NCBI GenBank assembly: GCA_019058275.1
Contig: JAHLVW010000062.1
Span: forward strand, 192,001-256,000
DNA from: Candidatus Heimdallarchaeota archaeon
Lineage (GTDB): Archaea > Asgardarchaeota > Heimdallarchaeia > JABLTI01
Reading direction: 5' to 3'
Length of the DNA: 64,000 bases
This document shows, piece by piece, positions 22,020 through 32,143 of this stretch (the first letter of the stretch is position 1; the number at the start of each line of letters is the position of its first letter). The position numbers and the translations under genes were made by a program. The notes under the pieces are model-generated. The model saw only the letters and a list, made by a program, of their open reading frames with translations. It was not told where the DNA came from and made no database searches.

Positions 22020-23768
22020 ATGGAAAGTGGTTGTAGTTTGTTAAAGAAAGTATCATTATACAAAATCCTTATTATTTTTGGCTTACTCTTGTGCATTTTA
22101 CCAATTGGTATGCAGATTCAAGTAGACTATAGATTAAGAGATAATGAAGCAGTAATTTTCATAGATGCATTAGGTAACAAAATATACAACACCTACTATC
22201 CAGGTGATAGGGATGTTGGGATAATGCTTTTCCATGGTATGGGAGAAGATCAAACATCACTTGATATGTTTGTTTCAAAATTTCAAAAAATAGGTTATCA
22301 TGTATTTGGAACTGATTTCTCAGGGCATGGGAGATCTTCGGGGATAATTCCATCAGGGGAGAATTCGGGTGAAATCTTAGCTCATCAGGTAAGCTGGGCT
22401 AAAGATGCATTTAAACAAAAATCTGGTTTGGAAGATTCTGAGATTTTTATGCTAGGTCACAGTATGGGTGCAAGAGGTGTTATGAAATCAATTTTATCTG
22501 ATCCTAACCCAGTAAATGGTTGCATTCTTCTTGGTGCATCAATTCATGTTGATGAAGATAATAATACTGAAAATTGGGCAAACAGTTTAGGTCCAACAAA
22601 TCCTTCAATTAATGTTTTAATTGTTACTGGAACTTGGGAAGATGTTTTCCCACCTAAAGAAGCGTTTGATCTTTACAAGAAATTAGCAAATCTTACTACT
22701 CCAGCTGAACCAAAATCAGATTTTACAATAACTTCTGAAGGTTATAATAAGGAAATTGTTATTCTAAAAGGTATAACGCATACTCATGAATCTATGAGTA
22801 TGAGAGTAGTAAATAGTATTGCTCATTGGACTGAGGATATGTCAATAAGAAATAATGATCATATGCAAGAAATTCTTATGCCAGATCATAGATTTCATTT
22901 TCAAGATACTCGAGCATTACTTTCAATATTAGAGGTAATTGGGATATTTCTTATGCTAATCTTTGGTACAAAACTTGTTTCAATTCAAATGGATAAGAAT
23001 AAGCTTGAACAACCCACAGCTAAAACAGAGTATAACATTATAAATCAAAAGGAACTTGAAGGAATCAGCATAACAAATACTCGGAATTTCTTTTTATATA
23101 AATTCCTGATCTGGTTGGGAGGATTGGGTATTGCTGCTCTAATTGGTTTAATATTCATAGCTCTTCCTCTCGAATCCCCTTACTTCACTTTACTTTTCGT
23201 TTGTCCAATAGCAGGTTATGGTATCATGCTAATGATATTATATCTAATAGGCAGAAATCCTGGAACAGAAGGAAAGTGGCGTCCTAGTTTTAGAACAGTA
23301 ACTAAAGATGTGAATCAATGGAATATTCTTTTCGGATTCTTAGTTAGTCTGGTAATTATAACTGTTTTTTCATATTTCATTAGCTCATTTATGTATCATG
23401 TTTTTCCATTAAACATTAGGTTGTTCTGGTTAGTTATCTACACATTGTTTGCCACATTTGGTTTTTATTTCCTCCAGTACGAACAAGAACAGCTAAGAAA
23501 AGAATTCCCCGGTCAAAAGAAGTTTACAATTTATAACAATTTATTATTTTTAGCTCCTTTTGTCATTGGAAGTCTTTACATTCTAATCACTGGATCAATT
23601 ATCTACTTCGTTGATGCAATGCATGATTTAATCATTTTAGCACTGGTTATCTTTGTAGGTAATTTGCTGCAAAAAATATGGAAAAAACCAATTTTTACTG
23701 CTTACATTCAAGCATTTCTATTAATGTTCCTTCTACTACCAAGAGGACAACTTACTTGGTTCTTTTAG
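22020..23768 (+). CDS. Alpha/beta hydrolase with multi-pass C-terminal membrane domain
   Basis: FHG, DFSGHGRS, GHSMG nucleophile elbow; about 8 TM helices. Confidence 0.85.
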   Translation: MESGCSLLKKVSLYKILIIFGLLLCILPIGMQIQVDYRLRDNEAVIFIDALGNKIYNTYYPGDRDVGIMLFHGMGEDQTSLDMFVSKFQKIGYHVFGTDFSGHGRSSGIIPSGENSGEILAHQVSWAKDAFKQKSGLEDSEIFMLGHSMGARGVMKSILSDPNPVNGCILLGASIHVDEDNNTENWANSLGPTNPSINVLIVTGTWEDVFPPKEAFDLYKKLANLTTPAEPKSDFTITSEGYNKEIVILKGITHTHESMSMRVVNSIAHWTEDMSIRNNDHMQEILMPDHRFHFQDTRALLSILEVIGIFLMLIFGTKLVSIQMDKNKLEQPTAKTEYNIINQKELEGISITNTRNFFLYKFLIWLGGLGIAALIGLIFIALPLESPYFTLLFVCPIAGYGIMLMILYLIGRNPGTEGKWRPSFRTVTKDVNQWNILFGFLVSLVIITVFSYFISSFMYHVFPLNIRLFWLVIYTLFATFGFYFLQYEQEQLRKEFPGQKKFTIYNNLLFLAPFVIGSLYILITGSIIYFVDAMHDLIILALVIFVGNLLQKIWKKPIFTAYIQAFLLMFLLLPRGQLTWFF

Positions 23769-23792
23769 AAAAAAAATGTGGTTAGCAATAAA

Positions 23793-24644
23793 TTACAATA
23801 TTGCTAATCCTTGTTTTTTAGCTTTTTTCTCAACAGCAACTAATAATAATCTAGCTATGATTAGATACAAAACAGTGCAAACACCTAATATAACAAATTC
23901 TTGCCAAATTGGGAGCAGTGTAATATATTTATCGCCAAAAATAAAATGACGCATCAAATCGAAATTATATGTGAATGGAAAGGCTAGTGTTATGTATTTC
24001 ATAGCAGTTCCAAATCTTTGATTAAGAACAATAAAACCTTGAACAGGTAAAAATGCTCCAAATAGAAATTGAATTAATTGATGTGTCATTGAAACAAATA
24101 GTCTAGCTTGTCTGTAGAGAATAGCTAACATACCAAAATATATTCCAACAGCAATATTGGAAATCATAGCAATAAGTGCTATAAGTAATGTAAAACCAAT
24201 TACTGCAAAATTTGTTAGTACTCCCGCTAACCATAAAGTTAGTACATAGAGTGGTATAAAGAATACTAAGCTAATAAGAGCTCTAGCAATAGAGGTAGAT
24301 AACAAGTATCCTAACCTTGTAGAAGGTGTAACAAACACTGCCTCTAATGTTCCATAATGAATATCTTCTTCTATTCTATTGAGTGGAGCCCAAGTTGCTA
24401 TGCTCGAAAACATTTGTATAATAGCTCCTGTCATCATGAAGATGAAAAGATCATTTTCAGAAAGACCAATTAATGCCAATACTTCTGGACTGAAGTAGTA
24501 TGCTCCTCCAATTATGGCAAAACCGAGGGTTAATGAAATAATTTCCAAAAACATGCCCATGAAAAATGCTCTATATCTAACATAGGTTTTTAGATCTCGC
24601 CAAACACCTTAGAAGATTACTCTTGAATTATGTTGTATACTCAT
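23793..24644 (-). pseudogene. ABC-2 permease with in-frame TAA at 24609-24611
   Basis: MSIQHNSRVIF*GVWRDL parallels the upstream permease; YGTLEAVFVTP, FPFTY. Confidence 0.75.
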
Positions 24645-24656
24645 TTCATTATCCTC

Positions 24657-25529
24657 TTAAAGAATTGCTAATCCTGTATCTTTCGCTTTCTTTTCAACTC
24701 GTTTAAGTAGAAAATATGCAAATACTACAAAAAGCAATGATGATACTACTAGCAGAACAAATTCTAACCATACTGGGAAAAGAGTAGTATATTCTGAACC
24801 AAACATAAAGTATCTGAATAAATCATAACAGTATGTATAAGGAAACATTTGAACAATGTACTTTAGTATTGTTCCTCCGATTTTATTCATTCCAATGAAT
24901 GCTTGAACTGGAACAAATGCTCCACAAATGAATTGGAATATGTTGGCCAAGAATATCGCAATTGGTTGTATTCTTCTTATTAAAATTGCTAGCATAGCAA
25001 AAAAGAGTCCAAATGCAATCATACTTATTATAGTTAGAAGAACTGTTAACAATGTAGTACCAATTACATAACCATTTGTTAATGCTCCATGAACTCCTAG
25101 AATTATTACATAAGCTGGAACAAAGAAAAGTAAATTTAAAATTGAATCCGAGAGTATTGGTGAGAGTAAATAAGCTATTCTACTAGTTGGTGAGACAAAA
25201 ACAGCTTCTAATGTCCCATAATGTATATCTTGTTGTACTCTTCCTAAAGGTGCCCATAAAGCTGTGTCACTAAATGTACTTAGAGCAATACCTCCTGCAA
25301 AAAACACAAAAACTTGAGTGCTTAAAATTCCAGTTTCAGATGTTGTTATTGGATTGAAGGTGAGTATTACTCCAAAAATATATGCTGCTCCTAATCCTAC
25401 CATCATATTCATTAGCCAACCTATGAGCCTTAGCTTGTATCTTCGAATGTTTACTAAATCTCGCCATATTCCTTTTCCAACCACTCTTAGAGAACCGTTG
25501 AAAACATGTTTAACATATTGAACTGACAA
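24657..25529 (-). CDS. ABC-2 type permease
   Basis: YGTLEAVFVSP, GAFVPV, FPYTY; six TM helices. Confidence 0.9.
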   Translation of the reverse strand: MSVQYVKHVFNGSLRVVGKGIWRDLVNIRRYKLRLIGWLMNMMVGLGAAYIFGVILTFNPITTSETGILSTQVFVFFAGGIALSTFSDTALWAPLGRVQQDIHYGTLEAVFVSPTSRIAYLLSPILSDSILNLLFFVPAYVIILGVHGALTNGYVIGTTLLTVLLTIISMIAFGLFFAMLAILIRRIQPIAIFLANIFQFICGAFVPVQAFIGMNKIGGTILKYIVQMFPYTYCYDLFRYFMFGSEYTTLFPVWLEFVLLVVSSLLFVVFAYFLLKRVEKKAKDTGLAIL

Positions 25530-25531
25530 AA

Positions 25532-26509
25532 CTAAGCCTCCAAATCAACCTTTTTATCACAGTATTTTAGAAAAACGTCTTCTAAAGTAGCTGTTCTATA
25601 GGAAATAACCGGATTAATGTTATACTTCCTACAAATTTCCATAACAGATTCAAAAGCTTGAGAACTATCACTTACTGGCATTCGTAAGTAACCGTTTTCT
25701 TGTTTCACTTCCTTTACTGTATCAAGTGTAGCTATTTCTTGTAAAAATTCTGGAGTAGCTGTTTCAGTGGATCTTAAACGTAATTCCAATAGTTGGATAT
25801 TAATATCATCCATTAGATTTTGTGGAGTATCTACAGCAACAACTTTTCCTTCATAAATGATGGCTACACGATCACACAATTCCTCTATTTCAGACATGAT
25901 CTGAGAAGTTATTATAATTGTTTTTCCTTTTTTCTTTGCATAATCTTTCACAAAACTTCGAATCTTCTTGGCTGCAATTGGGTCTAAACCTTTACTGATT
26001 TCATCAGCAAAAACCAAATCAGGATTGTGTAAAAATCCCCTCATGACAACAATTGCTTGCTTTTGACCTCCAGAAAGTCTCATAACTTCTTTGTCGAAAA
26101 TCTCATGATTATCGTAAGTTTTTTTGAATTCCTCAAGTTGTTCAGCAAAATCATCTTTGCTCATATTATAAAGAGCAGCAAAGAATTCTAAGTTTTCTTT
26201 ACCCGTTAATCGTGCATATGTTGATCTTTCAGAATCTTGACCTATGTATCCAATTCTTTTACGAATTTCTTTTTCTTCTTTTACGACATCTAATCCGAGA
26301 ACTTTGACTTCTCCATCAGTTTTTCCTAAGAGAGTTGAACATATTTTAATGAAAGTGGTTTTTCCAGCACCGTTTGGTCCTAGAATGCCGAAAATCTCTC
26401 CTTCCTTTACCTGTAAATCTAATCCCTTTAATGCTTCTGTTTCTTTCTTTCTGCTTTTATATGTCTTCTTTACACCTTTCGCTTCTAAAGCATACACTTC
26501 TATCACCAT
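25532..26509 (-). CDS. ABC transporter ATP-binding protein (DrrA-like exporter)
   Basis: GPNGAGKTT, LSGGQ, VFADE, GLDP; the H-loop reads TSQ. Confidence 0.92.
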   Translation of the reverse strand: MVIEVYALEAKGVKKTYKSRKKETEALKGLDLQVKEGEIFGILGPNGAGKTTFIKICSTLLGKTDGEVKVLGLDVVKEEKEIRKRIGYIGQDSERSTYARLTGKENLEFFAALYNMSKDDFAEQLEEFKKTYDNHEIFDKEVMRLSGGQKQAIVVMRGFLHNPDLVFADEISKGLDPIAAKKIRSFVKDYAKKKGKTIIITSQIMSEIEELCDRVAIIYEGKVVAVDTPQNLMDDINIQLLELRLRSTETATPEFLQEIATLDTVKEVKQENGYLRMPVSDSSQAFESVMEICRKYNINPVISYRTATLEDVFLKYCDKKVDLEA

Positions 26510-26658
26510 TATTTGCTAACATAAAGTTGATATCTATGTATAAAAGAGGGATTCACAATTCGAAGACTCAAATTGAGACCACAATTAGTGAGGTCACGAC
26601 TTGAGACTTTTAGTTATATTAATATAGGGGATTTTTTTCGAATCTTGAGAAAAATTGA

Positions 26659-27597
26659 TTAAAATTTCTTTTGCCAATAATAAACTTCTATTTTTTCTGT
26701 AAATCCAAGTGAATCATAGAGACGATTGGCTCCTTCTGTTGTGGCAGCTCCGGGTATACAAATTACTGAGGGATTATATTCTTTTAATCGAATCAAAGCT
26801 TCATTTATTACTGCTTTTGCTAATCCAAGTCTTCTATACTTTGGATGTGTTCCTACAGGTTCTAGTTCAACAATTTTGCTTTTTGGATCTAACCTAACTG
26901 TACAAAAGGCTGCAAAATCACCATTAGGTGCAACTGCTATAATGTCTAATTTTTCATTATAGAAAGAAGCTGAAGTAAATATTTCAAATATTCTCTCAGT
27001 CATTTTGTTACAATGTGGAAAAACTGTGCTAATAACTTCTCGGTATTTAACAAAATCCTTTGTTATATTTACATTTCTAATATGAAACCCATTAGGAATA
27101 TCGTAATTAGATACAGGTAATTCTAGTGGTCTATTTCGATTGTATTCATCAAATCCAAGATTTTTATAATCAAGTTTTGACAGTAAATTAATCCGTTTTG
27201 TATCTGTTCCTAAAACATAGAAATTTAATTCTGGTTCTTCTGATGCTCTTCTGGTTTTTTTCCTTTGCTCCTCTATCCAATGAATGATTTCTTCTTCATA
27301 AAATCTATATTTGGGATGTATTTGTAACCAGCAAACCTTCTGCTTTTCAATAGCTAAAACAGCAATAATCTTAGGTTGAGATGCTATTTTGTCAATTTCT
27401 TCCCAAATTGTAACTTCTTTATCCTCTTCATCTTGATATTCAGTACCACATGAACATGCTTTCCGATTTTCAAATCTTGAAGGAACCCAAGTAAAATGTG
27501 AATCTTTTAGAGGATATGTTTTTCCAAGAAAATCGCGAACTAATTCAAAATCCTTATCCCAATTAAAAGAACGATTTTGTAAGGTCATATGAAACAC
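26659..27597 (-). CDS. GNAT family acetyltransferase
   Basis: EPVGTHPKYRRLGLA, ANRLYDSLGF. Confidence 0.88.
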   Translation of the reverse strand: MFHMTLQNRSFNWDKDFELVRDFLGKTYPLKDSHFTWVPSRFENRKACSCGTEYQDEEDKEVTIWEEIDKIASQPKIIAVLAIEKQKVCWLQIHPKYRFYEEEIIHWIEEQRKKTRRASEEPELNFYVLGTDTKRINLLSKLDYKNLGFDEYNRNRPLELPVSNYDIPNGFHIRNVNITKDFVKYREVISTVFPHCNKMTERIFEIFTSASFYNEKLDIIAVAPNGDFAAFCTVRLDPKSKIVELEPVGTHPKYRRLGLAKAVINEALIRLKEYNPSVICIPGAATTEGANRLYDSLGFTEKIEVYYWQKKF

Positions 27598-27685
27598 TAC
27601 TTCTAACTCAGATGTGAAATTTAAAAAAATACTGCTAAATCTTTAGAAGTTTTTGAATAAACAAAAAAAAGAAAATTGAAGAGAT

Positions 27686-29419
27686 TTATTTCAGATACTC
27701 AAACAATTTTGTGAATTTCTGAATATATTTTATCCCTTTAATCTTGAGCTTTCCTGATAAAATTGCTTTTAGAGGTTTAGTTTTTCCTAATGCTAATCCG
27801 AAGAAACTAGGTTTGGTTGTAATTAAAACACCATCGCTTTCATTCTTTTCCTTCTGGATATTATCTTTAGTGTTAGCAATTGGGTGAAAAGTCACTTTTC
27901 CTTTGTTGATAACAACTTTGATTGCATTTACATCATCTTTAGCAACTAAAAGAACAGAATAATTTTCATTAGAATATTTTTCTTCAAATGTTTTATTACT
28001 GTTTAGAGATTTCATCATAGCATAAATAATTCCCGCAAAACCTTGGTATGGTTTGACATCTTCATAGATTGGAAGAACCATTTCCAATGATTTTTTGAAT
28101 CGAACAAGTATTTCGTCAACAACTGCTTCATCCATAATTGTTGATAATATGAAGCCAGTTACTCCTCGAGAAATTACATATAATTCTTGAATTGCTAAAG
28201 CAATCTGAAGATATTCTGAAAATTCCAAGTAGGGTATAGTATTGAAGACTATGTGTTGCTTATTCATTGGAACTTCATCTGGGAATTGAATGTAAGTAAT
28301 AGATTGAATGCCATCCACATGACAAATTATGTCTAATTCCTTCATTATCTTCTTCAAACCATCCCGTAGCTTATTACCCAAAACATCTAATTTTTTGATT
28401 GCTGCTTCATCATATAGCTCCAAAGCAGCTATTCCAGCAGTCATAGTCATAGCATTACCACTGAAAGTACCAGAATGCATAATGTAGTCTTTCTTCATTG
28501 GATTAAATTGCTGCATAATTTCTCGTTTGCCACCAAAAGCACCAACAGGAAGTCCACCGCCAATAGTTTTTCCTAATGCAGTTAGGTCTGAATCAATTCC
28601 AATTAGCTTCTGTATTCCACCAGTTGATAAACGAAAAGTGATAACCTCATCTAAAATCAAAAGAATATTATATTTCTTTGTTAATTCACGTATACCCTTC
28701 AGATATTCAACAGTAAAAGTAGTACCACCACCATAGCCCATGACTGGTTCAACAATCATAGCAGCGATTTTCTTATGATGTTTTTTCATAACCTTTTCAG
28801 CTGCAGCTAAATCATTAAAAGGAACAACATAAACGTCTTTTAGGATAGCATCCGAAACTCCTTTTTCAACAAAAGCTTTAGGCATTTTTTCTGCTGTTAG
28901 ATCAGGATCCATATTTACCATTGCATAATCATGGGACCCATGATAACCACCTTCAGCTTTAATGATTCCTTTCTTTCCAGTATAAACTCTAGCAGCTCGA
29001 ATAGAAAACATAGTTGCTTCAGTTCCAGAATTACAAAAACGGATTTCTTCAATAGATGGAATACGTTCACAGAGAATTTTAGCAAGCTGATATTGATTTA
29101 CCATTGGTGCAGCATGAGCTGTTCCTTGACTTGCTTGTCTTTGTAATGCTTCAACAATTTTCGGATGAGCATGCCCATGCAGTAAAACTGTCATGTTGTT
29201 TTGTACATCAAGATATTTATTGCCATCAACATCCCAAAGATAATAGCCTTCACCTTTTGTTACAAAGAATGGATACGGTGGGAAATATGCGATATTTCTA
29301 GTTCCACCACCTGGTAACCATTTTTGAGCTTTTTCAAAATGTTCTTTTGATTTTGGTGTTCTAGCTTCATATTGACTAATAATGTCTTGTTTCACTTTTT
29401 CTAAGTTCTTAGATGCCAT
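27686..29419 (-). CDS. Class III aminotransferase (GSA-mutase-like) fused to C-terminal SCP2-like domain
   Basis: DVDGNKYLD, NSGTEA, DEVITFR, GKTIGGG, SGTFSGN; tail PLKAILSGKLKIKG. Confidence 0.85.
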   Translation of the reverse strand: MASKNLEKVKQDIISQYEARTPKSKEHFEKAQKWLPGGGTRNIAYFPPYPFFVTKGEGYYLWDVDGNKYLDVQNNMTVLLHGHAHPKIVEALQRQASQGTAHAAPMVNQYQLAKILCERIPSIEEIRFCNSGTEATMFSIRAARVYTGKKGIIKAEGGYHGSHDYAMVNMDPDLTAEKMPKAFVEKGVSDAILKDVYVVPFNDLAAAEKVMKKHHKKIAAMIVEPVMGYGGGTTFTVEYLKGIRELTKKYNILLILDEVITFRLSTGGIQKLIGIDSDLTALGKTIGGGLPVGAFGGKREIMQQFNPMKKDYIMHSGTFSGNAMTMTAGIAALELYDEAAIKKLDVLGNKLRDGLKKIMKELDIICHVDGIQSITYIQFPDEVPMNKQHIVFNTIPYLEFSEYLQIALAIQELYVISRGVTGFILSTIMDEAVVDEILVRFKKSLEMVLPIYEDVKPYQGFAGIIYAMMKSLNSNKTFEEKYSNENYSVLLVAKDDVNAIKVVINKGKVTFHPIANTKDNIQKEKNESDGVLITTKPSFFGLALGKTKPLKAILSGKLKIKGIKYIQKFTKLFEYLK

Positions 29420-29636
29420 ATATATTCAACTCAAATGTGATATTCAATCAAACATTTTACTAAATACTTTGTATATTAAAAACTTTCATATGAAAAAAAT
29501 CTACTAAAATTAGATATTTTGAATTGTTTGTAAATTTTAAACAAAAAAGTTTATTTTTTTTCGGAATTTAGGTTGTTGAATTTAATGAAATTTTACTATT
29601 AAAAAAAAAGAATAAATTAACACAAAGAGTGTTAAT

Positions 29637-30584
29637 TTAAGATGCTGAAATACTACCTGTAGTTGTATCAAGATCGAAAAGATATTTTATTGTTTTACTT
29701 GAATAACTGTTTGATTCGTAAAAGTTTTCTCCACCTGGAAGAGTTATACTACCTGTTGTTGTTTGAGCAGTTATTCTTATTCCAAAATCGTTCTCATCTA
29801 AAGTATATAGAACATCAATTGATCCTGTAGTTGTTGATGCGTCATATGTTGTTGTATAATTATCTGCAGGGATAGCTACTTGGTCTACCGTTAGATCAAT
29901 TGACCCAGTTGTAGTTGTTATGGTCCAGTAAATATCATCAGCGAATTTAACATCTTGTGATATTACATCAATGCTTCCAGTAGTAGTTACTAAGCTTATA
30001 GTTGAGGTATTAAGAAATGTGTTATCACCAAAATCAGCAGATATTGATCCAGTTGTTATAGCAACACTAAGCATTCGAATTTCGCTTTCTGTTATAGAAT
30101 CAAAATCTAAATCAATACTACCTGTTGTAGTTATTATATCGTATTCAGCAATAGCATCCGGATTAATCTTAACAAACAACTTTTGATAAAAAGCATCTTT
30201 ATCAGTCCATTTCCAGGTAAGATCACCTGAATCAAAAGAGATAATCACTTTTCCTTCAGTAATTGATGAAGTGAAATTTATAGCATCAGCTAATATGGCT
30301 TCTGATCTCCCCCACATTTCCATTCTCACTTCTACTAATGATGTTAATGTATCATCATTTTCAATGGAAATACTTCCAACAGTGTTTTCAATATTTACTG
30401 TGAGATTAAGATTGTCTGTTGTTGTATAAGTATAATTAGTCTCTCCAATTAAAGTGAAAGGCCCACCACGAAAAACAACTACTGCGACCACACCAGCAAT
30501 TACCGCTACAGCTATCACAATAATTATTATTAATCCAACAATTCCATTTCTGTCATTTTTTAGTTTTTTGAATTGTTTCTTCAA
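29637..30584 (-). CDS. DUF4097/adhesin-like beta-repeat surface protein with class III-like signal peptide
   Basis: Seven or more TTGSI-type repeats; KNDRNG|IVGLIIIIV N-terminus. Confidence 0.75.
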   Translation of the reverse strand: MKKQFKKLKNDRNGIVGLIIIIVIAVAVIAGVVAVVVFRGGPFTLIGETNYTYTTTDNLNLTVNIENTVGSISIENDDTLTSLVEVRMEMWGRSEAILADAINFTSSITEGKVIISFDSGDLTWKWTDKDAFYQKLFVKINPDAIAEYDIITTTGSIDLDFDSITESEIRMLSVAITTGSISADFGDNTFLNTSTISLVTTTGSIDVISQDVKFADDIYWTITTTTGSIDLTVDQVAIPADNYTTTYDASTTTGSIDVLYTLDENDFGIRITAQTTTGSITLPGGENFYESNSYSSKTIKYLFDLDTTTGSISAS

Positions 30585-30740
30585 ATTTACACACTCAATA
30601 TAAAATTAATACTAAAAGACACTAGGAAAAAGGGATAATAAATAGCATCATTTAATTTCTAATAAAAAAAAACAATTTGATAGTATAAAACTACTAAGTA
30701 GAATTCTTTTTTAATAGGAAAAAACTAACAAAAATCCATT

Positions 30741-32132
30741 ATGAAAGATTTAGCCCGAAAAATATTGGACAAAGTAGAACTTGGTCCGGGCGGGTTTGCT
30801 GATATTCGCTTTCAAAATTCTGAAACGTTGTATATGCATATTCAAAACGGCATTACTCATGAAATGAATTCAACCAGAATGGGTGGAGCAGCTGCTCGGG
30901 CTTTAGTTGGTGGAGCATGGGGTTTTAGTACTACCGCAGATATTACAAAAGAATCTCTCAAGAAGATTCTTAAATCAGCTGTAGGAATGGCAAAAGTTGC
31001 TTCTGCAAAAATAAAAGAACCTCGGAAAGTTGACTCTAGTTTCGCATCTCAAGGAACAGCGAAATTAAAGATGGATGTAGATCCAAAAGATGTCTCAATT
31101 AAGGAGAAATTAAAGATTACTCAAGATTATGAGAAGAGTATTCGCGAAGTAGATGAACGTATTGTGAATTCTACTAGCCGTTATGGAGAGACTATAAGTT
31201 CTGAAACAATAATTAATTCAAATGGAACAGATGTAACAACTGAGAGTGGTGTATTCCGATTAATCTCTGGTGCAGTAGCACGAGAAGGAAATTTACAACA
31301 AAGAGTGTCAGATGATGTAGCATCATCAAAAGGGATCAAGTCGATTTTAGATTACAATGCAATTGAACAGGGAACGAAAGTAGGAGAAAAAGCTATTGAG
31401 CTTCTTTCTGCAGATAAACCTCCAAGTGGAAAAATGAATTTAGTCATGGATGCAAGTTTAGTTGGAGTGTTCATACATGAAGCCTTTGGTCATGCTTGCG
31501 AAGCTGATGGAATTATTACTAAAAGATCAATTTTACATGATAAATTGAATAAAAAAGTAGGTGTAGAAGAGATAAGTGTAACTGACGACCCTACAAAAGA
31601 TGGTTTAAGAGGTTCATTTATGTATGATTCCGAAGGAACCAAAGCAAGACCAAGAAAGTTAGTTACAGATGGTGTTTTAACAGAATTCTTCCATACATTG
31701 GAAACAGCTACTATGTTAGGTCATGAACCAAATGGTTCTGGTAGAGCAATGGATTTTAGATCCCCACCTTTAGCTAGGATGGGTAATACCTATGTTGAAG
31801 CTGGTGATAAATCCATGGATGAATTGTTCGAAATAATCGGTGAAGGAGTCTTCCTTGAGAAATCATACGGAGGATATGTCAATCCAGCAAAAGGACAGTT
31901 TATGTTTTCAGCTCAAAATGGCTATGTCATTAAAAACGGTAAAAAAGACTCTATAACACAGAATGTCTCCATGTCTGGTATGATTATGGAAGTCTTGACA
32001 AATACTATTGGTGTGGGTAAGGATGAATTTCCAGCATTTAATGGTACATGTGGGAAATCTGGACAATGGGTTCCAGTTACTGGTGGGGGACCAGCCTTAG
32101 CAGTAAAAGATTTAGTACTAGGTGGACGTTAG
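30741..32132 (+). CDS. tldD: TldD metalloprotease
   Basis: HEAFGH, DDPT, RMGNT, CGKSGQ-x-VPV. Confidence 0.92.
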   Translation: MKDLARKILDKVELGPGGFADIRFQNSETLYMHIQNGITHEMNSTRMGGAAARALVGGAWGFSTTADITKESLKKILKSAVGMAKVASAKIKEPRKVDSSFASQGTAKLKMDVDPKDVSIKEKLKITQDYEKSIREVDERIVNSTSRYGETISSETIINSNGTDVTTESGVFRLISGAVAREGNLQQRVSDDVASSKGIKSILDYNAIEQGTKVGEKAIELLSADKPPSGKMNLVMDASLVGVFIHEAFGHACEADGIITKRSILHDKLNKKVGVEEISVTDDPTKDGLRGSFMYDSEGTKARPRKLVTDGVLTEFFHTLETATMLGHEPNGSGRAMDFRSPPLARMGNTYVEAGDKSMDELFEIIGEGVFLEKSYGGYVNPAKGQFMFSAQNGYVIKNGKKDSITQNVSMSGMIMEVLTNTIGVGKDEFPAFNGTCGKSGQWVPVTGGGPALAVKDLVLGGR

Positions 32133-32143
32133 GAGGAATTAAA

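Noticed and set aside
32048-32143. Extended N-terminus of PmbA overlapping tldD
   Set aside because: An AGGAGG ribosome-binding site precedes the ATG at 32144, which is the likelier start.
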